From the NCBI GenBank assembly GCA_028572065.1, contig JAPVWK010000001.1:1-45008 (forward strand): a DNA stretch of 45,008 nt, written 5' to 3'. The position numbers and the translations under genes were made by a program. The notes beneath the pieces were generated by a model. It saw nothing but the letters and a program-made list of their open reading frames with translations. It made no database searches and was not told where the DNA came from. The stretch's first letter is position 1, and each line of letters opens with the position of its first letter. Of the stretch, positions 1-8,737 are shown one piece after another. Origin of the DNA: Candidatus Methanophagales archaeon. GTDB taxonomy: Archaea > Halobacteriota > Syntropharchaeia > Alkanophagales > Methanospirareceae.

Positions 1-182
1 ATCCTATCGAAGAGATTTGGTTATGAACTCTTGTAGATTTTTATAACTACGGACGCTCAACATTCAACATGCCCCTCATATAATCTGCTTCGGCGGATAG
101 TAGGGTTATTGAGTTACCCATACAAAACAGCGAAGAGCCAATATAAATCCGTGTAATCGTGTGGTTTGTCAAACAATCACAT

Positions 183-695
183 TTATACGTGTTTTACCGG
201 AATACATATCTCCACGATATGGAGCCCTTGTGGATGTTCCTTCGGATCATTCAGATAGAGCTCATAACAAGCGCTATCTGTGGGTTGGTAGCCACTTTCC
301 GGTAGCCACTCGCCAAACACTTTATTCCAAGCGTTCTCGTATTCTTCACTGCCTGCTAATTCAAATCGCGCTACTGCGTATTTACCGCCCGGAAGAGTCA
401 TCTTGCCAACTTCGCCTTCCACTTGCGTTTCTTTGGGTACGGTAATGCAGACGTCCACGCACATCTTCTTCTCATCAGTAATTTCCGGGTTGTCATAATA
501 CACAGACAACATCTTGGTCTCTGGGAACTGCAATAGTCCCTTTGGACCCGCCCAGCCCATAAGCTGCTCAAAGAGCCGTCCAAAAAGCGCGCTGTCACCT
601 TTGTACGGTCCAATGTGGCGAACATAAGCCACATGAAGTTCCGGCATATCTTTTACTTCTGCTTCCATATCTATTTCATCTCCTACTTTTTTCAT
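183..695 (-). CDS. GyrI-like / AraC effector-binding domain protein (stand-alone)
   Basis: Motifs HVAYVRHIGPY, SVYYDNPEIT, LPGGKYAVARF, WNKVFGEWLPESGYQP, YELYLNDP..EICIPV are typical of GyrI-like domains; no HTH. Confidence 0.85.
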   Translation of the reverse strand: MKKVGDEIDMEAEVKDMPELHVAYVRHIGPYKGDSALFGRLFEQLMGWAGPKGLLQFPETKMLSVYYDNPEITDEKKMCVDVCITVPKETQVEGEVGKMTLPGGKYAVARFELAGSEEYENAWNKVFGEWLPESGYQPTDSACYELYLNDPKEHPQGLHIVEICIPVKHV

Positions 696-798
696 TGTAT
701 ATTGATATGGTATAGCTTCTACATATTTAATTTATTATGGGCCTTTTTAAGTCCACTAGAGAGCTATAAATCGCTACAGAAATCACAACAAACGCCAT

Positions 799-1290
799 CT
801 TACTAAGCAGAAAGAGATTATAAAAGCGATAAAAATGGGTAAAATAAAAAAGGGGTCTGGCTTATCTTCGATGCTGGTTTAAAATCGAGCGAACTCATGA
901 AAGAAGCAAGGAAAGCGGGTGTAAAAGTGGTAACTCGATTAAACTCAAATTTCGTTGTCGCCCGATTCGGCGCCAAATTCAGAAAAGAAGACATAATGGA
1001 TGATATTAAACCAATTCAACGGGGGATAGCTGGTAAAAGTTATATTAATTTATAACCTATTGCAATATCTAAGGTTGTATTTTGATGGAATGAGCTTTAA
1101 AGATGTTTTAGAACAGTTATCCTTCTACCTCCTGTGGAAAAGTCCGCCAAAATCTGTATACTCTCTTGCTGAACCGTTAAATCGAGTGCTTGAAAATATT
1201 GGATCTGGCAGGCTAAATAAAATAAACGTTGGGTTATTGGGGCCTATGAATGTGTCAGAGAGTGTAAGAGCTTAATAGGGTGGAAATGGG
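799..1290 (+). pseudogene. Decayed DDE transposase fragment (IS4/IS701-like)
   Basis: Frame starting at 849 reads KGVWLIFDAGLKSSELMKEARKAGVKVVTRLNSNFVV, resembling the second-Asp region (lifDaG...g..vvtRlksN) of DDE transposases; frameshift near 848 and stop near 1055; ORF 1060-1275 may be its C-terminal remnant. Confidence 0.4.
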
Positions 1291-1302
1291 TAATGTGTAG
1301 AT

Positions 1303-1566
1303 CAGATTATTAAAAAATACTGGCATACCGATGGCTCTCGGAACGGGGTATTCTCCACGGAAAGGAACAGGCTGAAACTCTTTTCAGACACGAAGATAGT
1401 CAGACATATCCGCCTAAAACTGGCTAAAAATCCATATCTCGATTCCGAGTACTTCAAGCAGCGGAAACTCAGACAGAAGACTCTAAAACTGACTGGCCGG
1501 TGCAAGATGAGAGGGGATAAGCTAAAGGATAGATTATGCGCACGAATACTGAACTCGAAAGACTAA
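1303..1566 (+). pseudogene. C-terminal remnant of group II intron RT/maturase
   Basis: Start-less frame QIIKKYWHTDGSRNGVFSTERNRLKLFSDTKIVRHIRLKLAKNPYLDSEYFKQR...* matches the end of the maturase region of group II intron proteins; lies just upstream of a domain V. Confidence 0.8.
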
Positions 1567-1621
1567 ATGCCACACATGGAACCAAACTGCTGCCCGATAC
1601 AGAAAGGGTTATAAAATGCTT

Positions 1622-1696
1622 GAGCGGTATGAAGGGAAACTTTCACGTACCGTTCTGAGATGAGAATGGGCGAGCAATCGCCCTATTCTTAATCTG
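1622..1696 (+). ncRNA. Group II intron domains V and VI (3' end of a truncated intron)
   Basis: GAGCGGTATGAAGGGAAACTTTCACGTACCGTTC (1622-1655) is a 34-nt domain V hairpin with GAAA loop; followed by a DVI-like hairpin GAGAATGGGCGA-GCAA-TCGCCCTATTCTT. Confidence 0.88.
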
Positions 1697-1884
1697 CCGA
1701 TTAATAATTTTTATTCTTTCTATTTTTTCTTGTGCTTAGCCCGGCAATTACGATAACAAACAGTTCTATGCAAAAAAAACATATGCTTTTATATAGATGG
1801 TCGGCTATGTTGAATGTGGTGCAGAAATGACCGAAAACAGTATAGAAGGTTAAATAGCAAAAAGAACGTTAGGAGGTGATAAAT

Positions 1885-2352
1885 ATGGAAAAACGAAAAA
1901 CTATTATTCTTGCGGCTATTGTAGTAGCAATCTTTGTGACGTCCTTGTCTATGGGCTGCGTGGATGAACAGAAGAAGGAAGAAACAAAAGAGGAACTCGG
2001 TGAGGCTAAAGAAAAAATCGGTGCGGCTGTTGAGAACGTAACAGAGACTAAGGAAGCTCAGAAACTAAAAGAAGAACTCGAAGAAGCTAAAGAAGAAATT
2101 GGAAAAGAAGTCGAAGAGGCTAAAAAGGAAGTCGGAAAGGCTGTTGAGGCTGTAAAAGAGACTGAAGAGAGTAAGGAATTAGCAGAGGTACTCAATGAGA
2201 CCAAAGAAGGAATAAAAGAGACTGTCAATGAAACTAAAGAAGGAATAAAAGAGACTGTCAATGAAACTAAAGAAGGACTAAAAGAGAAAGTCAATGCGAC
2301 CAAAGAAGCAATTAACACTACTGGCAATGAAACTACGGAAACAACACAATAA
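1885..2352 (+). CDS. Archaeal lipoprotein with amphipathic helical 11-aa repeats
   Basis: RBS AGGAGGTGA 1871-1879; signal peptide ending SLSMG-C; E/K-rich helical body with NETKEGIKETV repeats. Confidence 0.8.
   Translation: MEKRKTIILAAIVVAIFVTSLSMGCVDEQKKEETKEELGEAKEKIGAAVENVTETKEAQKLKEELEEAKEEIGKEVEEAKKEVGKAVEAVKETEESKELAEVLNETKEGIKETVNETKEGIKETVNETKEGLKEKVNATKEAINTTGNETTETTQ
2194..2310 (+). repeat. 33-bp coding tandem repeat (about 3.5 copies)
   Basis: AATGA(G/A)AC(C/T)AAAGAAGGAATAAAAGAGACTGTC units at 2194, 2227, 2260 and a partial unit at 2293. Confidence 0.9.
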
Positions 2353-2387
2353 GTCGAACTATAAAGGATATAAGGAAGTAAAAGTGG

Positions 2388-2408
2388 GAGAAACTTTTTC
2401 TCCTACTC
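2388..2408 (+). terminator. Possible hairpin terminator after lipoprotein gene
   Basis: GGAGAAA...TTTCTCC inverted repeat within AGTGGGAGAAACTTTTTCTCCTACT, with a T-run at 2427-2436. Confidence 0.35.
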
Positions 2409-2568
2409 TTACGTCCTGACGTTTAAGTTTTTTTTTAAAAAAAATGATATTGCGTATCTTTCCCCCTTTATCCCCTTCTTCTACGTTGACTTTTAGATAC
2501 AGAAAACGGGGCAAACTACAAAAATACAGAATAAGTTTTTATACTCCTAAGCTTTAGCGATGTACATT

Positions 2569-3189
2569 ATGAAAGTAGGCATCGTTATTTCGTATATTCT
2601 GAAGGCACTTATGGTGGTATTGATACTTATAGCAGCCACGAGGGGGCAGTGGTCACTGGCCATTTCCGGTGTTCTTGCTTTACTTATTTGTATGCTACCC
2701 GCAATTGTAAATCGAAGGTACGATGTAGCCTTGCCTCTGGCTCTTGATTGTTTACTTACACTTGCGTTATTGATACATATAGGTGGCCAAGTTACCAGGG
2801 CATATTTTATACTGCCGCATTATGATACGATTGCGCATTTTACTTCTGGTGCTCTTATTGCCTTTATGGCATTTATCGTTATTTATGTCCTGGATAAGTA
2901 CTGGTATGGGCTCACGATGGACACATATGTGATGGCTTTTTTCGTTGTCATAACTGCGATGGCTATAGGCGTAGTCTGGGAATTCATGGAGTGGACAGCC
3001 GATCTATACCTCGGAGCTTGGTCACAAAGGGGTAATCAAGACACCATGGGCGACCTGCTTGTGGATACGTTAGCTGCAATAGTAGTAGCTGTTGTTGGTG
3101 TACTGTTAGTAAAAAGAGGCAAGATGGGCAAGATGACTGATGGCCTGGGTAAATTTGTTGATCCAAAGGCACGAAAGAAGAAACTGTGA
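2569..3189 (+). CDS. DUF2238/YjdF-like integral membrane protein, paralog 1
   Basis: About 6 TM helices; LLIH..G...HYDTIAHF...VVWEFMEW...Q.GNQDTMGDL motif set; start chosen by alignment with paralogs. Confidence 0.75.
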   Translation: MKVGIVISYILKALMVVLILIAATRGQWSLAISGVLALLICMLPAIVNRRYDVALPLALDCLLTLALLIHIGGQVTRAYFILPHYDTIAHFTSGALIAFMAFIVIYVLDKYWYGLTMDTYVMAFFVVITAMAIGVVWEFMEWTADLYLGAWSQRGNQDTMGDLLVDTLAAIVVAVVGVLLVKRGKMGKMTDGLGKFVDPKARKKKL

Positions 3190-3222
3190 TTAAAGGCATA
3201 AAAAAATAGGGAGATAAATGTT

Positions 3223-3705
3223 ATGAAAAATAGAAAGACTTTTATTTACGCGGCTGTTGCAATAGCGATCTTAGTAGCGACTATGTCTATGGGGTGCGTA
3301 GAAAAAGAACCAAAATTGAGTTTCGACGAGACATTAGCGTATCTCGAAGCACAAAAAAACGAGCTGAATAAGGACTATGACGATTTAATAGCGCATCTCG
3401 AAACAGAAAAAAGCGAGATCAATAAGGAATATGACGGATTAATAGAGGAACTTGAGGAGACTAGAAAAGAGATCGAAGCCACAGGCGCGGATTTTGAGGA
3501 AGTAAGAAGTACTAAGCAAGCTAGTAACATAAGAAATGAATGGAACTTTGCAGCCGCGCAAATAGAGCGTAATTTGGAAGTTGCGATAGAAGAAATCGAA
3601 GCGGTAGCCACAGGGTGTAGAGGCGAAACCGAGAAGGTAGTCGAAGAGGCTAGAAAGCATATTGATAAGAATGTGGAGAAGCTAAAAGCGGATTATAGCA
3701 TCTGA
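3223..3705 (+). CDS. Archaeal lipoprotein, coiled-coil/helical
   Basis: Signal MKNRKTFIYAAVAIAILVATMSMG-C, homologous to that of 1885..2352; internal repeat LEAQKNELNKDYDDLIAH/LETEKSEINKEYDGLIEE. Confidence 0.8.
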   Translation: MKNRKTFIYAAVAIAILVATMSMGCVEKEPKLSFDETLAYLEAQKNELNKDYDDLIAHLETEKSEINKEYDGLIEELEETRKEIEATGADFEEVRSTKQASNIRNEWNFAAAQIERNLEVAIEEIEAVATGCRGETEKVVEEARKHIDKNVEKLKADYSI

Positions 3706-3742
3706 GACAAATACGGGTCTCGTTTCTTTTTTTATGTCTAAT

Positions 3743-3840
3743 AGTATAACTTCTATCTATTTAGGACGCAGATTCACACTGATTTACACGAATTTGAGTT
3801 CTTCTGCGTTAATCTGCAATAAATAAGTTTAGTTGAATAC
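3743..3840 (-). repeat. Dispersed palindromic repeat, copy A
   Basis: Reverse complement GCAGATTAACGCAGAAGAACTCAAATTCGTGTAAATCAGTGTGAATCTGCGTCCTAAATAGATAGAAGTTATACT aligns without gaps to 32923-32997. Confidence 0.85.
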
Positions 3841-3925
3841 TGTGCGTTCTTGTTACCGGTTGTCTGGCGAAGCACGTAAAAACCGGAATACCTTTTTATA
3901 CTCTAAACAAAATGTAGGTTACATT

Positions 3926-4561
3926 ATGAAATCTGGTATCGCATTATCATATACCTTAAAGGGGATTATGGGGCTGCTCTTTTTTATCGGCCTCTGGAAA
4001 CAGGATTGGGGTGCAGCTTTTGGATGTCTTGTAGGCTTAGTGATTGTGATGATACCAACTTTCGTCAAGCGTAGGTATGACATAGCCTTGCCCTGGGTGC
4101 TTGAACTTATGATTACACTTGCTCTGTTTATACATGTATCTGGTGGCGTTCTTGGCTTATATGATGCTTTCGTACGTTATGATACTATGGCACATTTTGT
4201 TTCTTCATGTCTTATCGCCTTACTGGCATTTACTTTTATTTATATCTTGCATATTTATTGGGACGGCCTGCACATGGATAAGTATGCCATGGCTTTTGTC
4301 GTTGTCATAACTACTATGGCTATGGGTGTAGTCTGGGAAGTGTATGAGTGGGTAGTAGATATGTTATTCGGAACGACATTACAATTGGGGCTTTGGGACA
4401 CAATGAAAGACTTAGTTATGGATACCGTAGGCGGAATATTTATAGCTATAATTGGTGTACAGTGGATAAAGACAGGGAAGATGGATGAGATGACAAATGA
4501 CCTGGGAAAAGCGGTTGACGAAAAGATAATTAATAGGGAGAAGAAGGAGAAGAAAAAGTAG
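3926..4561 (+). CDS. DUF2238/YjdF-like integral membrane protein, paralog 2
   Basis: LFIH..GG...RYDTMAHF...VVWEVYEW...Q.GLWDTMKDL; true start MKSGI by alignment to paralogs. Confidence 0.75.
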   Translation: MKSGIALSYTLKGIMGLLFFIGLWKQDWGAAFGCLVGLVIVMIPTFVKRRYDIALPWVLELMITLALFIHVSGGVLGLYDAFVRYDTMAHFVSSCLIALLAFTFIYILHIYWDGLHMDKYAMAFVVVITTMAMGVVWEVYEWVVDMLFGTTLQLGLWDTMKDLVMDTVGGIFIAIIGVQWIKTGKMDEMTNDLGKAVDEKIINREKKEKKK

Positions 4562-4648
4562 TAGTAGCCGTAAATGTATTGCCTATTTTTTTATTGCCTT
4601 TAGTTGATAGTTATACATATAAGGAGTTACAGACAAGTTAGTAGCATC

Positions 4649-5281
4649 ATGACGAAATCACTGTGTATCATAGTATCGCATATATTTAGACTTGCAATGG
4701 TTTTTTTGTTTGTAGTTGCAATTGCGATAGATAATTTATCCTGGACTCTCATATGCCTCTCGGGTATTATTGTAAGCGCGGCACCTATTTTCCTGAAACG
4801 TTATTTAAAGGTAGAAGTACCCGATGTTCTTGACCTCCTGATTACGCTTGCATTGTTTTTACATACCGGCGCCGTTGGTGTATTTGATAATATATACCAT
4901 ATCCTTCCGGAGTTTGACCTGGTCACTCATTTTGCGTCGTCTGTTGTTGTCGCGTTCATTGCATTAATCGCACTTTATCTATTAGATGAGTACTGGGATG
5001 GACTGCACATAAACATATATGCCATGGCGTTTGCTGTTGTCGTTATTACTATTGCTTGCGGTGTTGTCTGGGAGTTAGGGGAATGGGCGATAGGCAAGTT
5101 GTGGGGTATCTATTTCCAGGTGGATTTAGACGATACCATGATAGATTTACTTGTTGATACAATAGGCGCGACAGTTATGGCGGTGATCGGTATATATCTA
5201 ATAAAAAACGGTACACTAAAAGAGCTGACAAAGAGCCTTGGAAAATTAGCGGACACACATCTAAATAAGAATAAACAGTAA
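4649..5281 (+). CDS. DUF2238/YjdF-like integral membrane protein, paralog 3
   Basis: LFLH..A...EFDLVTHF...VVWELGEW...QVDLDDTMIDL. Confidence 0.75.
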   Translation: MTKSLCIIVSHIFRLAMVFLFVVAIAIDNLSWTLICLSGIIVSAAPIFLKRYLKVEVPDVLDLLITLALFLHTGAVGVFDNIYHILPEFDLVTHFASSVVVAFIALIALYLLDEYWDGLHINIYAMAFAVVVITIACGVVWELGEWAIGKLWGIYFQVDLDDTMIDLLVDTIGATVMAVIGIYLIKNGTLKELTKSLGKLADTHLNKNKQ

Positions 5282-5349
5282 TTATTGCAGCCGACATCCT
5301 AACGCTATACAACACTTTTTTTTTATACTCGTAAATTCAAGAAGTGCAT

Positions 5350-5976
5350 ATGAAACCAGGTACCGTTGTATCTTATATCCTAAAGGCGATTATCGTGACC
5401 TTCTTTATTAGTGCAATCTGGCGAAATAACTGGATAATAGCCTTTGGATGTTTTGCGGGTATAATGTTTACGATATTACTACCTATGGTTCTCAAGCTAA
5501 AATTTAACATAACCCTGCCCTGGATACTTGACCTTATGATTACAGTGGCATTTTTTATACATATTTGCGGCGATGTTCTCTACGCATATGATACGATCCC
5601 GCATTATGATAACATTACTCATTTTGTTTCTGCCTGTGTTGTCGCACTTGTGGTTCTTATCGCGGTTTATATCCTGAGTGAATACTGGGGCGGACTTCAG
5701 GCTGACAAGTATGGTACCGCTTTTGTCGTTATCATAACTACCGTGGCAATGGGTGTAATCTGGGAATTCCGTGAGTGGTCCGCCGATGCGCTTTTTGGGA
5801 TGCAGACGCAATTGAGTCTCGAAGACACTATGACCGACCTACTTGTTAATGCCTTAGGAGGCGTATTTATAGCTATCGTTGGCATAAGACTATTAAAAAA
5901 CGGTGCACTAAAAGAGATGACAAAAGATCTGGGAGAACGAGTGGACACACACATAATTAACAAGAGAAAGCCGTAG
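5350..5976 (+). CDS. DUF2238/YjdF-like integral membrane protein, paralog 4
   Basis: FFIH..G...HYDNITHF...VIWEFREW...QLSLEDTMTDL. Confidence 0.75.
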   Translation: MKPGTVVSYILKAIIVTFFISAIWRNNWIIAFGCFAGIMFTILLPMVLKLKFNITLPWILDLMITVAFFIHICGDVLYAYDTIPHYDNITHFVSACVVALVVLIAVYILSEYWGGLQADKYGTAFVVIITTVAMGVIWEFREWSADALFGMQTQLSLEDTMTDLLVNALGGVFIAIVGIRLLKNGALKEMTKDLGERVDTHIINKRKP

Positions 5977-6180
5977 CGATAAAAACAAGAATCCTTTATA
6001 TATAGCGCGAATATAGGAGTAATAGAATGAGGCGCGAAGCTATATGCTGAATACGGGATAAACTACCCGTAGTAGTTCCTGTTACTCGGATTAAGCCATG
6101 AATGAACTGATGATGATAAAGCAACAAGAGCAGGAAGTGGTGTACGAAGCCGCAATAATGTTTGTAGGAGGTGCGAATAG

Positions 6181-6426
6181 ATGTTAGCAGGACTGCTTAT
6201 TCTTTTTGCTATGATTGTACTAATCTACTTGTTGTACCGTGTGTTAAAGAGCGTTATATATCTGATCATAAACTCAGTCCTGGGGTTGATTATTCTTTTT
6301 GTTGCAAACCTCGTTCTTGGATTGGACATCGCGTACTCCTGGCTTGTCATTCTGATATGTGCGATTGGTGGCATAATCGGTGCTGTCATCGTGATTATTC
6401 TACAGTTGTTGACCGGTCTGTTTTGA
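6181..6426 (+). CDS. BofA-family (pro-sigmaK processing inhibitor-like) small membrane protein
   Basis: 81 aa, hydrophobic, LIINSVLGLIILFVAN...ILICAIGGIIGAV pattern of the BofA family; RBS GGAGGTG upstream. Confidence 0.7.
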   Translation: MLAGLLILFAMIVLIYLLYRVLKSVIYLIINSVLGLIILFVANLVLGLDIAYSWLVILICAIGGIIGAVIVIILQLLTGLF

Positions 6427-6564
6427 TAGCGTCAAGCGTTCACTCTTGCGGAATTCATAAGGACATACAACCAAATTCAAGTTCTGCTATTTCGCTGTTG
6501 TCCCACGCCTTTTCGGTCTGCAATGTCAACAACGTATATCACATCCGTACTGCATCACCTGGAA

Positions 6565-6756
6565 CTACTTGCATTCTTCCAGTATTATCGTATGCTTCAT
6601 CAGATTAATCTCTTTTAGCCGACCCTTTGCATGCATTGTCTCACCTAATATCCCCCTGAATGTTATCGTCTCGCCATCAATTTCTACGTAAACCACATCC
6701 TCCATCAGTAATTCTCTACCCCCTTCTTTTTCTATTAGCACACTTGATTCGCACAT
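6565..6756 (-). CDS. cooT: CooT-family nickel-binding protein
   Basis: MCESSV..ELLMEDVV..V..GILGE....G.LKEINLMKH.IIL; RBS GGAGGT before the ATG at 6756. Confidence 0.75.
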   Translation of the reverse strand: MCESSVLIEKEGGRELLMEDVVYVEIDGETITFRGILGETMHAKGRLKEINLMKHTIILEECK

Positions 6757-6854
6757 AAATTTAGCTACCTCCTTTCTCGTAAAACATTCTTTTACGTCCT
6801 TCACTCCTCACAAAACAAGTCCGTCTAACCATTTTATACCGACTCCTTAGTTCT

Positions 6855-7859
6855 TTACACACTGCGTTCCAGCGACTTTGCCACCGCATAAGCTGGAAAA
6901 GCAGCCGAAATCGTACGTCCATAACGTGCAGAAAGCGATATGAACTGTATATTCAACGATTCCGCCGCTTCTCTCGCGATGAATTCGCCTACTCCCGTGG
7001 ATACCGCTATCTGTAACCCATATCTAGCCTTCATCTCTGCCATCGCAGCCGACAACTCCTCTACCTGTGCTCTTTTCACTTGCTCCGCAATACGAACAGT
7101 ACCCTCTTCCCCCAGCTCTTCAAGGTCACTGCACACCACTCTCGCCAGCCTTCGCATCGCACTTAGTCTGCTCTTTTCTGTCGTATCGCGATTTGCAAAG
7201 GCATAGCTGTCCGGGCTTTCACAACTGTAATCCTCCGCAGTTAGGCACCCGAGCACGAGGTAAGCATCAGCAGTTAATGCGAAAAGTTCAGAAGAAGTCC
7301 AGTATTCGTCTCCGCCGATCTTGACTTTGTTCAGCAATGTGGCAACATTGGTTCTTACAACTCCAGAATAGATTAGTTCGTGCGATTTAAGCCTTTCAAG
7401 GTCTCTTCTATTCGCTTTTAGCTCTCCCGCCACTATTGGTATCACATCCGTCGTGGTACTGCCGATGTCAATGAATATTGCATCGCCATATTGGTCCGAG
7501 ACGAGCTTCGCGGAAGCGAGCCAGTTCGTGGATGCAAAGGCAAGAGGGTCCTTATCTACAGCAGAACCGTCCCTAAACATGCAATTGCGATTAAGGAATT
7601 TGGGATCATCAAATGAGGATGCTAAGGCATTTTTGATCTGCAATACCCCTTCTCTTTTTGATACAAAGCAGTCACATAGTTCACCAGTCATAACAACGCC
7701 TACTGCTTCTATCTCCGGCTCAAACTTCTGTTTCGCTTTGGCTAGCACGTCATGTAGAACCGCTTTATTTCGCCATAAAGGCGCGTAAACCGACTCCACG
7801 AACCCCTCGGAAGTGGCTATTTTCGTATTCGCGCCCCCAACATCTATACCCACAAACAT
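6855..7859 (-). CDS. mfnF: Hydantoinase A-like ASKHA protein, probable methanofuran biosynthesis MfnF
   Basis: GIDVGGANTK, VMTGELCDCF..KREGV, ASTNWLAS, IDIGSTTTDVIP, ELIYSGVVRT, SSELFA.TAD motifs of the methanogen Orf9/MfnF family. Confidence 0.75.
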   Translation of the reverse strand: MFVGIDVGGANTKIATSEGFVESVYAPLWRNKAVLHDVLAKAKQKFEPEIEAVGVVMTGELCDCFVSKREGVLQIKNALASSFDDPKFLNRNCMFRDGSAVDKDPLAFASTNWLASAKLVSDQYGDAIFIDIGSTTTDVIPIVAGELKANRRDLERLKSHELIYSGVVRTNVATLLNKVKIGGDEYWTSSELFALTADAYLVLGCLTAEDYSCESPDSYAFANRDTTEKSRLSAMRRLARVVCSDLEELGEEGTVRIAEQVKRAQVEELSAAMAEMKARYGLQIAVSTGVGEFIAREAAESLNIQFISLSARYGRTISAAFPAYAVAKSLERSV

Positions 7860-7932
7860 AGCTTCTCCTTTTACTATGAGAAAGAACCTCAATTAAGAAA
7901 AGTTATTTCTTTTGCATTTCTTTCTAAAGGTT

Positions 7933-8697
7933 ATGAGCAAAGATAACAAAAACGGTAATGATAGAACAAATGCGTTCAGGGAAAGGCTACAGCAATTGCA
8001 AAGCGGAGTCAAAGGCGGTATTGAATCGGTAGAGTCTGAGTTAGACAAGCTGATTGGTATAAGAGGCGAATTACGCGGTATTACAAATGCACTGGAGCGA
8101 ACAACCACGAGTTTGGACGGTAAAGAAGAGGGCGTGGAACCGGATGAGATCGGGGACGCTATTGAGATTCTGGAAGATGAATTTGCTGCAAAGAAACGTG
8201 ATTTAACGTTTCTGTATCAGGATGAGGAATCAAAGAAAGCAGATGAAAAAACTGCGGAATTACAATATTTACAGGCGGAATTCGAGAACTATAAGCGTAG
8301 AGCGGAGAAGGACAAACGCGATTTTGGTGATTATGTCCTCAAAGGCTTTGTAGCGGAGTTGTTACCGATAAAGGACTATTTAGAGCTTGCAATTGCGCAT
8401 GCTAGTGATAATAATGAGTCAGAAGGTCTGCTAAAAGGTGTGGAAATGACCGTGAAGCAATTCAAGGAGCTTCTGGAAAGAGAGGGGCTCGAGGAGATAA
8501 AAGCAGAAGGTGAGAAGTTCGATCCATTCAGGCACGAGGTGGTAGCAAGAGAAGTAAACGAGACACACCCGGAGAATACGATTATTGCAGTAACAAGAAA
8601 GGGTTATGTACTTCATGATAAAGTCATAAGACCTGCAATGGTGAAGATAGCGATACGCGAAAATAGCGATGAGACGGATTCTAAAGTGCTGGAATGA
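7933..8697 (+). CDS. grpE: Nucleotide exchange factor GrpE with N-terminal coiled-coil extension
   Basis: LQAEFENYKRR, ELLPIKDYLELA, GEKFDPFRHE, KGYVLHDKVIRPAMVKI. Confidence 0.9.
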   Translation: MSKDNKNGNDRTNAFRERLQQLQSGVKGGIESVESELDKLIGIRGELRGITNALERTTTSLDGKEEGVEPDEIGDAIEILEDEFAAKKRDLTFLYQDEESKKADEKTAELQYLQAEFENYKRRAEKDKRDFGDYVLKGFVAELLPIKDYLELAIAHASDNNESEGLLKGVEMTVKQFKELLEREGLEEIKAEGEKFDPFRHEVVAREVNETHPENTIIAVTRKGYVLHDKVIRPAMVKIAIRENSDETDSKVLE

Positions 8698-8737
8698 GTT
8701 ATTTACGCCGGATTATGCTTCAACGCAGGTATTACTA

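Noticed and set aside
101..139. Possible IS terminus (minus strand GGCTCTTCGCTGTTTTGTATGGG)
   Set aside because: No partner inverted repeat or transposase identifiable within the window.
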